A DNA stretch of 64,000 nucleotides from Antedon mediterranea (lineage: Eukaryota; Animalia; Echinodermata). The notes below the pieces were generated by a model that searched no databases, had not been told where the DNA came from, and was given only the letters and a program-made list of their open reading frames with translations. The position numbers were made by a program, and so were the translations under genes. The first letter of the stretch is position 1, and every line of letters starts with the position of its first letter. Location of the stretch: NCBI RefSeq assembly GCF_964355755.1, contig NC_092670.1, forward strand, positions 16,416,795 through 16,480,794. The letters run 5' to 3'. Shown here piece after piece: positions 44,601-54,459 of this stretch.

Positions 44601-47600
44601 AAGTTAGGTGTTGTAGCCAAATATGACATGAAAAGGTATACTGAAATTTCACTCGAATTGTTAACTATAATTATTATCATCTTTTTCGAAAACTTTTGCA
44701 ATTTTGTATATTTTTATAGTATTTTCAATATAATATTTTATTTTATTATTGTACATGAGACTTCTATTTTTGTTGTTTTGTAAAGTACTATATAAATCAC
44801 TATAATAATAAATATAATCATTGAAACAGTTAATAAACCTCTTGTAAAAACATAGTTGATAACTTTGGAGGGTATATTATGGAAGATTAATCTAAATTCA
44901 AGAAAATTGTAAAATAAATTGTATGTCTTGGAATACCCACTAATAAGACAAAAGCTCTGTCTACAATATCAAAAGTGTGATGTGCCCAAATATGGTAGTG
45001 ATACTGTATGCTCAAATATGGAAGTGATATGACATCATAATGTCCCTATATGGGCACGTCACATTTTTTGTCACATAAAGTTTGATAGTGTAGACACAGC
45101 TTAATATTTTGTTTAATTATTACTTACGTGTTTGGCATTGTGAACCTGTGTAGCATCCTCGACAGGTACAGGAGAACTCAATACAAGAATTAGGTGTGCA
45201 ATCTCCACCATTTTGACAGGGAAACGTATTACAAGGATTTTGTACTGAAATCATACATAGTAATAAGTAATATAAATGAAAAATTTGATCATATTACAAA
45301 AGTTAGAACAGATAGAACAACGATAAAGTATTCGTAATTGTGCTAAGTACTATTAGTAGTAAGTACTGTAATGTATTTCAAAATTTATTAAGTCTGTAGT
45401 AAAACTGAAGTTGCTTGACTTCCTTGCTTGAATAGTTAATTGCCTCTTTATTTCTTAAGCTGGGATCCTAAACTTTAATATCAATTCTGACGTACATAGA
45501 GCATGATAAATTGACTATAACTGTATGGGGTAGTAAGCAAGTAAATCTAACTTAAGTTTAAAGTTTGTTTAACTTACAGATTGAACAAGTTGGTCCAGTG
45601 TAGCATCCAGAACACAAACATCTTGCCTCACTACAATCATCCAGCATTTGACATGTTGCTCCATTTAGACAACTGTTAGACGTTTCACACAAATCAACCG
45701 CTGAAAATACAAACAATCAAGTTTAAAACTACAGAATTTTCAGCTGAAGTATAAATGTTATATAAATATAATTTTCTAACTCCTGAGGACAATCAAAGTA
45801 TTATATTGATCGAAACGTTGAGAAACTCAACTACAGCAAACTTTATATCAATATAATAATTTTATTTATAAACGAAAATGATTACATACTAATTGTACAG
45901 TACTATGTATTTTTTTCATTTATATTGTATTCAAGTAGAAAACCTGTTTGCCTGCAATTTGTAATTGGTTCTGGTTCACTGGTTTGAAATTCTTGGTTTG
46001 ATAACAATAAAACAAGTACCAGACTCTGCCTTGCACTAATTGCAAATACTCTATATTATAATCTAATGAAAGAATTTCACAGATGATATCTGAGAATAGT
46101 GTATCATTTGTAAATTGACAGTATCTTCTCTTTGGCTTATCTCAATTTTCATCTATGATCTTTTTAAAAATATGTTTTTCCAAGTTCAAAATAACTACAA
46201 TTACATGGGTCAAATATTATACAGATATTACTTTACCTTCAACCTCCACTCCCCCAAATAACTAATAAGTCCAAGCCTGTATTTTTACATGGGATTATTT
46301 TTTTCTATCAAAGGGGCAACAATTATCATGAGCTATACTGGTTATGCCTATTTACCATCAATTTCACTATTGGTCTATGTTTAAAGTGGGTGCTTGCAGA
46401 AAAAGGGGTTCACAAAAACTCCCCCGAGTTTAAAGCCATCAGGCATAAAATTCAGTATAGCACACCACTAAAACCTGTAACCATGATGCATCAACATAGG
46501 AAGACCACTGTATAAATATCTCTATTATTATAAAATGAGTTTAACCTTGTAAAGTGCAATACTTAACTTTTGAAGCCTTTTATATAACATGTTTATCATA
46601 CTGTGACAATCAGTCCTTGATTTGAATATCATCTATTGTCTTGTAGCAACTCAAGTATTTGGTTTATAGACATTGATTTGTCTAGAGTAGTATAGATGTC
46701 TATCAAACACTGGATTGCATTACAATTATGGTTCTTAAGCTCTGTCTACACTATCAAACTAATTTGACAAAAAAAATGTGATGTTGCCTAATATGATAGT
46801 GATATACCCAAATATGGTAGAGATATGACATCATCATATCCATATATGGGCACATCACATTTTGTTGTCACATAAAGTTTGATAGTGTAGACATGGCTTT
46901 AATCAGCCTTTTGGATAGATGAATGCATAATGGCACACATACAAAAATAGAAATTGTTTTACCTGTCATACAATCTTGTCCAACATAGCATGGGTTACAC
47001 TGGCAAGTATAGTCGACACAACCAGTACCAAGAGGGATGCAGGTACCACCATTTTGACATGGTAAACTACCACATTGGTTTACACCTGTAAAGAAATATC
47101 AATGTATGGGATGTGAATGTATAGCAAGTATATAGTATTATGAGCGGAACAACTTGATCCTTGATTCATCTTTTGGAAAATGAATACAGCACCGAATGAG
47201 CAGGGTTTATGTATTAGGATAAAATGTGTTAAATATTATATCAAATGAAATAAATTACAATAAGCAGTAAAACACTTAAACCGATTAAAAAATAAACTTT
47301 ATATAGATAGTACAGTACTATCAGTTATCTTTACTGAAATTAATACATAGGATATTCTCTATACAAAAAAAAAATGTTCACAGTGTATTCCTTTGTGTAA
47401 AGGCTGCTTTTTGCCAGAAAAGGAGCTCCTCCATGAATTTTAATGACCTGTATACAGTAATTGACTGTATATTTATCATGATTTACTTACGTTCATGACA
47501 AAGTGCACCTGTCCAGCATTCTGGGCATGCGCAAGTGAGGGAAGCACAATCATCCGACATTACACATGTAGCTCCATTTTGACATGGGCTAGCGTCACAG

Positions 47601-50600
47601 CGATCAACCGCTAACAAAACAAAAATGTGTTGATTTAAAAGTTAAAAATGTGCAATTTTACCAAATAAGCTGCAGTTTAAGCCTATATAGGCCTAGACCT
47701 ACAAACCATTATACAGTAACAACAATGACATCTTTATTTATATTATTATTCATATTTCTACTCGCAAGGCCCAAGCTATGATAAGGGTAGGGCGAAACGA
47801 CCTAAAGTTGAAAAGCAGCAGCCTCTCTACTATTCCAGTCAGTAAGAGGTCCAAAACTATTAGTAGGCAAAGCCAAAGGGTTTTACTTTAGTTCTAGAAA
47901 GAAGCTTACCTGCTTCACACCTCTCACCCAGAAAGCAAGATGTGCAAGCACATGTGTAAGAGGTCGAGTTTCCATTTTGTGAACAAACACCTCCATTCAT
48001 ACAGGGCGACCAGTAACACGCATCTAACTCTAAAATCAAGAAAAACAAATAAATAAATAAAATGTTGTTTTGAATATTCCGCGTCGCTCTCTCACATGTT
48101 TTGTTTTACTGCTGCTATACTATGTGTGCGCAGTGGTGCGGATCGAAATGATGCAGCGCCCTCATCTCAAAGGTGAAATGCTTCTGTATGTAGATTACAA
48201 ATTTACATAATCAAAAACGGCAATTCCAGATATGCATTGCGCGTGCTGGTAATTGTTTACATTTTTTTTAAATAAAATTTAAAGTTTCCTTTGGTTTGTT
48301 GTTATTCATTATTATTATTGTTCATTTCTCTTTTTACAAAAACGTATTTTTAAATTAAACTATTTAATTTTAATTTTTGTTAATGTTGTAGGCCTACCTG
48401 CAGTCCATCGTAACTGCCATCCGTTCAAATTCGTATTTCTATCAGTATAAAAATAAATCCAAATCGCATCAGTTGATAGTGACAAAACCGATGGAGGCGG
48501 GTTATCATTGTCAAATGCATATTGCTGTCCAGGAATTGTTGTAAAGCTTATATCGCTAGGAAAAGACAATCCAGTGCCTATATACAGTTCGTCTTTGGTC
48601 GCTTCCACGTCAAACCCCGTAGCAAACTCTAACATAATGGTCACTGCGTTTGGCACGTAAAGTTGATATTGCTTTCGAAGGTCGCTTGGATAGGGGTTAG
48701 GGTAATTGGGGGATGCGAAGGCAGAAGTCCTGCAGACATTAGGCCATCCAAAACAACGTTCAGCATCCTGGATTACAGCTGAAAAAAAGTAATTTGTACT
48801 TAAAAGAAGACATAACGTACAATTAGGCTAGCATATATTGTATCATCTTGGTTTAAGCATGGTTCCCACTAGCGACGCAACACAAAGACGTAACGCAACG
48901 CAAGTGAATTGACCAATCACAAGCGAATAAGCCATAAGCTAACTGTCTATAACTTCGCTTGTCATTGGTCAAAACGGTTGCGTTGCGTTTACGTCCTTGC
49001 GTTACGTTCTAGTGGGAACCAAGCTTTAGGACGCAATGCAAGGATGTCGTAAGCGCAAATGTTGACTAATAAGGACGCCTTGCGCATACGCTATTGCGTT
49101 GTTCAAGAAGTAGGAGCTTTGGAATAAATAGTCTACTCAAAAAAAGAATGAAGTGATCTGAGATTGGTGGTTAAAAGTTGCAATTCCTAGTTTTGAATAT
49201 ATTCTTTTGTAAGCCTAAGTCTTCATAATAATATTTGTACAGTACTTACAATTCTCTTCGTTGCAGGGAAATCCCATATACGTCGGGAAAAAGCATTCGC
49301 AAGCATAGTTCGGTGACCCCCCTGGACGTTCATAACATATATCTAAACCTGTGAATTGACAAGGACTGGTTAAACATGCCGAACCTGAAAGATAGAAAAT
49401 GAATCATTGTTTAAAGAAAACATAATAACACATGCTGCTGAAACTATGAAGAAGAAAAACTAAAAGGGAAGCGTAACAGAAATCATTATAAATGAGTTGG
49501 AGTACCTATAATGAAGGTTGATATTGTTGAGAGGTGGATTTGAAAAGTGGGCGCTGATTGGTGTTGACAATGCCACATGTTTATTATGACAGAAGATGCA
49601 AGTTCATTATTTCAACAAAAGTACCAATATCGATTACGGCTTGTTAATGATTCTTCCATATGACAGGACATGATAACGAGTTTTCACTTTTCATGGTGAT
49701 TTGGACACAAAAAAATACAACAGTTTAGTGTTCTTTTTGGTCACACACGGTATACCTGCAACTTGAACCTCATTCGGTATCCGAGGTGTGATTTCATTGG
49801 GTTACACTGTTTACAGTCAATATTTGCACTTTAACAATTACAGTAACGACCGCAAATACTTCAGTCTTTTTTCATTAATAATAATAATAATGACCGCGGT
49901 ATTTTAACATAAATCGCACGTTTTCAGTAATACTATTGCTAAGTCAGTATATTGTACAGTATACAACGGGTTATATTCACCACCATCTCTTTTGTTATTC
50001 CCATTATATTATTACTGTATATACAGAAGACACAAGATGAGTCAGTGTGGTTTTATTGGGATTTTAGTAGGTTTCTTAGGATCTGAATATCCTCTATTCC
50101 ATTATTATTACAATGCATTTAAATCCATGACCTTCGTGTGTAGTTATTCCTAAAATATGTAAACTACGCGTTATATTCACGTAATACGAAGCCTAATTTG
50201 TATCACAAGAAGTAAAGATTTGGGGGAACGAGCAGGCCTAGTAAATGTGTTATTTTGATTGATATTACCATTTCATTTTTTCAATTCAATTTAATTTATT
50301 TCCACAATAATACAACATACTAGATATACACAATAAATGGCCTACAATGAAGAAGTTATGTTGGGGGTTGGGGGAAGGAGAGTCATATAAGTCAGAAAAA
50401 CTTTAAGTTTGATCCACCCCGGACCTAATTTATAGGTACATGATATTACTGAACAATGGCCACGAGGAGAAAATAATAGGCCTAATATTGTAATAGGTTG
50501 TCGCGACAAATTTAATGCTACGAGGGTTTAAACTCAACTTGTGTCTTATTCCTTCAAGTGCATATTCATGTAGACCTGGATAATAAAAAATTTTTCATTT

Positions 50601-51894
50601 TTTAAAAACAATTTTCTAAGCCGTATTTTGCATTCATAATGAGATGATATAATCAAAGGCCACTGTAACCATAGTGATATTACTAAAGATGCAATTAGTC
50701 CGATTCAATGATAAAATACAATACCAGTGAATGTTAGACTTTACATAATCAAACGAATTTTATTCATAACAAACATATTGTTTGGTAAACGTGATCCTTC
50801 TATTCTCAGTTTGAATGTAGGCCCATATACAGTCTTAAACCAACATAAACCTGTACTATCTTCTCAATTATAGAGACATAATTAACATTTCTATCGTTAA
50901 AACGTACCGGAAATTGTTAATGTGTTTGTTTCTTATATAAAAATATCAATTGTTACTTTTTAATGAGTCATTTATTTGTTTTTACACAAAATGTTTATCA
51001 GAATAACAGTTTTACAGGTATACACCAGTATAGTAGAAAATTTATTTTAATGACCAATTTTGTTTCCTCACCTTCTTTTCTGGGTTATTTTTAAATGTTT
51101 GTTTTTACTATAGATCACTATAGATTTCTCTCTAAATTACGTAATATAGACGAAAATGTAAATTACTCATTTTACCTGGTGATTGTTGTACATTTTTTAC
51201 AGTCGATTATAAGAGCCGATGGCATTTAAATGGTATTAAAATCTACTGATCAAAGCGATTGTTAAATAATTTGGATTGTTTTCTAACAATGCCACTATAC
51301 ATAACACAATTCATTAGTGTTCTCACACCAACAATAGGTATTATTTAATCGTTTCTCGCCTGTTGTGCAACATTCATAGAAGAATATTATACCAAAGGAA
51401 AAATCAGTTTGGCGACATAAACTGGAGATACAAAATAGGTAAAGAATTTTAAAGTAAACAGAGATACTGTAGGCTATGGAAGGGGGATGAAGAAGATGTC
51501 ATTATTAACAGTATATCAAAATAGGCCTCCGTGAGTCTTACTATAAAATATTTTGCTGTTGGTTTGTACATTATTTAGATGGTTTTACAGACGCATAAGA
51601 ATATTGTAACATTGGGTGAAATCAATAATAAAATTAGTGTCAATTTAATGCGTGTTTGAACTTTTAAAAAATCGAATGTTAAGAAATATATGAGATCTGA
51701 ATATTGCGATTGACAAAGAAATAATGAGATACTGTATGACAGGATACAGACAGTGATGAATCTCAAATTAAAACTGTCAAAATGGCTGAATGCAATCAAC
51801 AGGAGGAAGATGGTATCAATTACTTACCGTCTTCTTGCGTTAACGTTGATGTAATACTTAAAAATAAAATGAGAATTGTATATAACTGTTCCAT
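622..51894 (-). CDS. Gene A: giant fibropellin/Notch-like EGF-CUB protein (SP-EGF-CUB-~94 x 8-Cys EGF-2 EGF-CUB-9+ EGF), ~109 exons, 3' end beyond window
   Basis: Successive ~108-135 nt exons are bounded by AG/GT on the minus strand (plus strand shows ..cttac at donors and ct+purine-rich tract at acceptors). All checked exons are phase 1-1 and each translates to one EGF module. There are two CUB exons and an N-terminal signal-peptide exon. No terminal exon is seen before position 1. Confidence 0.88.
2861..3020. mobile_element. MITE family 1 (PIF/Harbinger-like; TIR AGCTCTGTCTACACTATCAAACT)
   Basis: Palindromic ~160-bp element with TAA/TTA flanks. Confidence 0.85.
3533..4757. repeat. 37-bp minisatellite, ~33 copies (ATTTACAATCAGGTTATTCACTACCTACCCTACTGGA)
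   Basis: Head-to-tail near-perfect units with one variant base near 3643 and no spacers; intronic. Confidence 0.97.
5074..5212. mobile_element. MITE family 1 copy
   Basis: Same TIRs and internal CCAAATATGGTAGTGATATGACATCA core. Confidence 0.85.
6148..6510 (-). CDS. Gene A: second CUB domain exon
   Basis: 363-nt exon reading ESQC...[20 protein letters not shown]...FNDFSTE..NDWLEVG...VFISFISND...GFSI. Confidence 0.9.
6821..7476 (-). CDS. Gene A: two canonical 6-Cys EGF exons (7363-7476, 6821-6934)
   Basis: [37 protein letters not shown] and [37 protein letters not shown]; each 114 nt. Confidence 0.85.
7107..7400. repeat. 74-bp tandem repeat x4 spanning an exon 3' end and splice donor
   Basis: TTTCTATAAT recurs at 7111, 7185, 7259 and 7333. 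Confidence 0.95.
7538..7745 (+). mobile_element. tRNA-derived SINE-like insert with ~25-bp flanking direct repeat
   Basis: GCTCGGTGGTCTAGAGGTATGA (A-box, tRNA-Pro-like) and GGTTCGAATCC (B-box); AGTAGTTTAATACAATTACAACCCT at 7513 and 7746. Confidence 0.65.
7870..48029 (-). CDS. Gene A: array of ~94 single-exon EGF modules with extra cysteines (consensus DPCxxxPCxNGGxC-xn-Cxx[YF]xCxCxxC[YFW]xGxxCE)
   Basis: Seen in many ORF-track fragments (e.g. [38 protein letters not shown]) and in manually translated exons; the count is manual. Confidence 0.88.
8551..8783 (-). mobile_element. tRNA-derived SINE with 12-bp TSD
   Basis: Minus strand A-box (AGTGGTTAGG) and B-box (GGGTTCAATGCCC), ACCTTT-type tail, TGTTAACATGTA on both sides. 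Truncated relatives at ~19020-19140 and ~40084-40210. Confidence 0.75.
9107..9245. mobile_element. MITE family 1 copy (opposite internal orientation)
   Basis: TIRs intact, TAA on both flanks. Confidence 0.85.
10365..10475. mobile_element. MITE family 1 copy, internally deleted
   Basis: TTA-AGCTCTGT...ACAGAGCT-TTA. Confidence 0.75.
10731..10870. mobile_element. MITE family 1 copy
   Basis: Both TIRs and core present. Confidence 0.85.
12346..12645. repeat. ~62-bp tandem repeat x5 spanning a splice acceptor and exon start
   Basis: AAGGATCCAAAACTATTAAAAGATAACATCATGTCAGTGTGAAAAGGAATT recurs with progressive decay. Confidence 0.9.
13073..13390. repeat. (GAT/GGT/AAT)n low-complexity tract
   Basis: Degenerate ATG-type trinucleotide repeats with a recurring GGTAATACTGATGATATGAT subunit. 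Confidence 0.9.
13762..13854. mobile_element. MITE family 1 partial copy (duplicated at ~17130-17218)
   Basis: Core plus right TIR; left TIR decayed. Confidence 0.7.
15705..16003. repeat. Duplicate of the ~62-bp acceptor repeat
   Basis: Same unit within the second copy of the segmental duplication. Confidence 0.9.
16430..16750. repeat. Duplicate (GAT)n low-complexity tract
   Basis: Copy of 13073-13390 with a 12-bp insertion. Confidence 0.9.
19558..19687. mobile_element. MITE family 1 copy
   Basis: Both TIRs and core present. Confidence 0.85.
20522..20678. mobile_element. MITE family 1 copy
   Basis: Both TIRs and core present. Confidence 0.85.
20732..20973 (-). mobile_element. Short Helitron-like insert
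   Basis: Minus strand begins A|TCTATCTATATATA and ends with an imperfect GC hairpin (CGATCGTG-GTA-CGCGAGCG) then CTAG|T; CpG-rich relative to its surroundings. Confidence 0.6.
24040..24167. mobile_element. MITE family 1 copy
   Basis: Both TIRs, TAA flanks. Confidence 0.8.
26551..26677. mobile_element. MITE family 1 copy
   Basis: Left TIR partly deleted, right TIR intact. Confidence 0.8.
27408..27588. mobile_element. Tc1/mariner(pogo)-like MITE relics; relatives at ~38587-38757, ~44305-44400 and ~58050-58322
   Basis: TACAG.AGAACC...GGGACA / TGTCCC...GGTTYTACTGTA inverted ends with TA flanks. Confidence 0.55.
28612..28670. mobile_element. MITE family 1 minimal (TIR-only, ~59 bp) copy
   Basis: TAA-AGCTCTGTCTACACTATCA...TGATAGTGTAGACAGAGCT-TAA. 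Confidence 0.85.
30944..31360. mobile_element. Non-autonomous DNA transposon, ~32-bp TIR, 7-bp TSD (P-superfamily-like)
   Basis: ACTTAAT-CAAAGAACTTTTAACACAAGAATCTCCTGTTC...GAACAGGAGATTCTTGTGTTATAAGTTCTTTG-ACTTAAT; internal ~85-bp direct repeat and poly-G. Confidence 0.85.
31866..32058. mobile_element. hAT-like non-autonomous element
   Basis: TIR CAGTGGCGCAAC / GTTACGCCACTG, GC-rich GGGCCCC motifs; no clear TSD. Confidence 0.65.
35390..35680 (+). mobile_element. Old SINE relic (Deu/Nin-domain-like), related fragment at ~255-345
   Basis: Shared GTTCTGGT...TAAACC..AGG...GTGCACTTYAAAGARCCC motif at both loci; family assignment is from memory of the motif. Confidence 0.45.
39648..39761. mobile_element. 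MITE family 1 copy, decayed
   Basis: TIR remnants and core. Confidence 0.75.
44953..45101. mobile_element. MITE family 1 copy
   Basis: Both TIRs and core present. Confidence 0.85.
46738..46898. mobile_element. MITE family 1 copy
   Basis: Both TIRs; TTA on both flanks. Confidence 0.85.
48398..48778 (-). CDS. Gene A exon 3: divergent CUB domain
   Basis: [11 protein letters not shown]...[13 protein letters not shown]...[21 protein letters not shown] matches CUB motifs (SPNYP, FxxE..D.L.I, FxTD...GW/F); 381 nt, phase 1-1. Confidence 0.85.
48856..49025. mobile_element. MITE family 2 (Harbinger-like), CpG-rich palindrome
   Basis: TIR AGCATGGTTCCCACTAG / CTAGTGGGAACCAAGCT with perfect TTA target duplication. 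Decayed relatives at ~49029-49120, ~12020-12140 and ~15380-15500. Confidence 0.85.
49250..49384 (-). CDS. Gene A exon 2: N-terminal 6-Cys EGF module
   Basis: Translates to [45 protein letters not shown] between AG and GT; absent from the ORF track. Confidence 0.8.
51828..51894 (-). CDS. Gene A exon 1: signal peptide [22 protein letters not shown]
   Basis: ATG at 51894, hydrophobic core, 67 nt (22 codons + 1) ending at a G|gtaagt donor, phase-compatible with the next EGF exon. Confidence 0.75.
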
Positions 51895-53380
51895 TGTGCT
51901 GACTGATGACACCAATTGTCTGTTACTCAGTGTTATATCATAATTCCAGTTTCGAAAAACAGAGTAAATCCTTAAAAATGACATATAGTATATTCCAATT
52001 ATTCGATCGCAGTGCAAAATGCTTTATGATTTTTTCACCATAAAATGTTGATTTCTTAAATAAAACGGTTATAAACTCGCTGTAAGATGTCCAATGTTGT
52101 TTGTTGTGTGCACTCGATTGATTTTGAAATGGTTTCGGATTGTATTAGAGCAAGTGGTGACTAGTGCCTATTCATATTTAAATAAATACCTATTCTATCG
52201 CCCACTATTGAGCCGTGTCTACCCAAGCATTTGGGTTCGCACTATGACAATAGGCGAATTAGTAATATCAAAAGATGTACGCATCAATGAGTTAATCAAC
52301 CACTGGCGGCGCTGTGTTAAAACTAGAAGCAGACGACGATTCTGACAATTATTCTGTAACCAATTTGAACTAATTGATTTTTTTATTTCAGGCTATTCAC
52401 TATATTCCCCATGACTGGGCATAAATTATGTGTCAAATCTGCAGAATAAATGTAAACAAAATAGCAAAAAAATCATCTGTAAAATGCATACAAAAAGTTT
52501 AACAGCCACATATCATTGGTGAGTTGATAATTAGTGATATTATATGTAAATAACAAAACATTTTACATAGGCCTATGGTGACTAGACTATATTCAAAGCT
52601 TTGTGCTAATAAACTTTAAACATCATAGTCTATAACGTGCTATTCACACTTTCTTGTTATATTAATATAAATTAAACTGTGCAGTTAGTTTTTATTAATC
52701 AAAATTGTACTACAAAGTGTAATCATGGAGGTATAAATTTTATACCTCCATGGTGTAATGATTTAAATAAATGTCAGAAGTTTGGTACGTCATGTCATGA
52801 CATTACTTTAAACACAATTTCGAAGAATTTTGTCAAAGTGGGAGATGATATTAATTATTTTAAAAATTGTCTTTCCAAAATGTGTAATACGTAAATAAAT
52901 GTTTTTTATTGATTGGAAAAAGAACAGGATGTCAACTACTAGCACGATGGAGGAATTCGTTAAACTAATTCCTATATTATAGCATAATGCTTACTTTACA
53001 AAAGGATTAACAATTGTCAACTTGTGTGCCTCTCCGCAATGTCACTGATAAATCTACAAGTTCGAGGGAGCTTTTAATTATTTAATTCAAACGAAAAGAT
53101 AAATATGATGGTTTCCGTAATCTCTAATCCAAACCACGGGAGGTCTTTTAAATATTATATCCACATAACATACAACTGACTCACTCAATTACGTATGAAT
53201 CAGTTCATTCGAAACGTAAACATAAAATTGATACAATCTGCGTTCCATGCGGAACTCGGTTCAATGATAATCTATAGTCACCATTTCTCTATTCTTTCTT
53301 GTCTCTGTCATTATATTCAAATATCATTTTAATTAAAAAAAACACTTTCTCTGCAACTGAAATTATCAATTTGGTTAATT

Positions 53381-53537
53381 AAAATGAGCATGTACGTCAA
53401 TACATACAATAATCCACTATTAGGCATAGACTAAAACATAAAAAAAAGAAAAGGGCAACAAAATGAGCATGTACGTCAATACATACAATAATCCACTATT
53501 AGGCATAGACTAAAACATAAAAAAAAGAAAAGGGCAA
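53381..53537. repeat. 79-bp direct tandem duplication
   Basis: AAAATGAGCATGTACGTCAATAC...GAAAAGGGCAA occurs twice. Confidence 0.9.
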
Positions 53538-54459
53538 AAAAATTATTTTAGTTTATTATAGTTTTGATTTTATATATTTCTTGTTAATTGAATTGAAAGT
53601 GACGAGAAAAAGTTGTGTATCATGTTGCTATATATAAGTTTCTTGTTCTTGTTATATATAGCCTCTGATCTTTTAATTAATGTATTTATATTAAAAATAC
53701 CAATTCACAAGTTCAAGTGTGCATCAAAGATACGAACACAAACTCAGAAAGAAAGGTATTTATTTTCACATCTTTCACTCTTGAGTTTTGGTATAACAAC
53801 CCTATGTGAATTTGTCTTTATTAGACAGCCTATTTACAATAGATCATATGACATCATAATCACAATACAGTGAGATTACCATAAAGTGCTTTTGGAATGC
53901 ATCGTGTGTTGGTACAAATTGTTTACGTTAGGTGGAGTGTAAAGCAGGGAATACCTTATATAATCCCCGGTGCCGAATCATTCAGCTACGTCACAAAGGG
54001 CCTTCGGGTGCTAACGTACTTTTTGAAAGCAATTCGTGTGAAACATTAGGAAATAAAGAAGCAAAAGACTTGCTTTTGAAAGCTTGGACAATGGGATTTA
54101 GCGCCAATTGTATTGAAGTTTCTGGTAGTCTGACTATACCAATTGTTTGGTATTTTGCAAACAAACTCATCAAATAAGCAGTACTATACAGACTGATCAC
54201 TAATGGAATTAAAAGTAAATATGCAGAGTGACACTTTCGGGTCATATTCACTCATTACCTCAGCGAATGGGACATCTTACAACTTTTTAAGATGTGAATT
54301 GTGAAACAATTTTGCAGACTTTTCTATTATTAAGTTCTATTATTATGTAAATTCTAACTTTTGTATTGTATAGTTACTGGCCTACTATCGGAATATCCTT
54401 TTATACTGGATAGATAAAATAAAAAAAGTCCTCTTTTATTCTACCAATTATTCACTGTT

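Noticed and set aside
1063-48048. Dozens of separate small 'hydrophobic leader + EGF' genes suggested by the ORF track
   Set aside because: The apparent leaders are translated T-rich polypyrimidine tracts upstream of splice acceptors; each ORF is one exon plus intron flanks.
622-51894. Calling gene A Notch, Crumbs, fibropellin or laminin-EGF
   Set aside because: No LNR/ankyrin, LamG or avidin domain is visible, and the 8-Cys spacing differs from laminin-type EGF. No gene symbol is justified.
52000-52350. Defined promoter elements for gene A
   Set aside because: The region is mildly CpG-enriched and plausibly placed, but no motif can be distinguished from AT-rich background.
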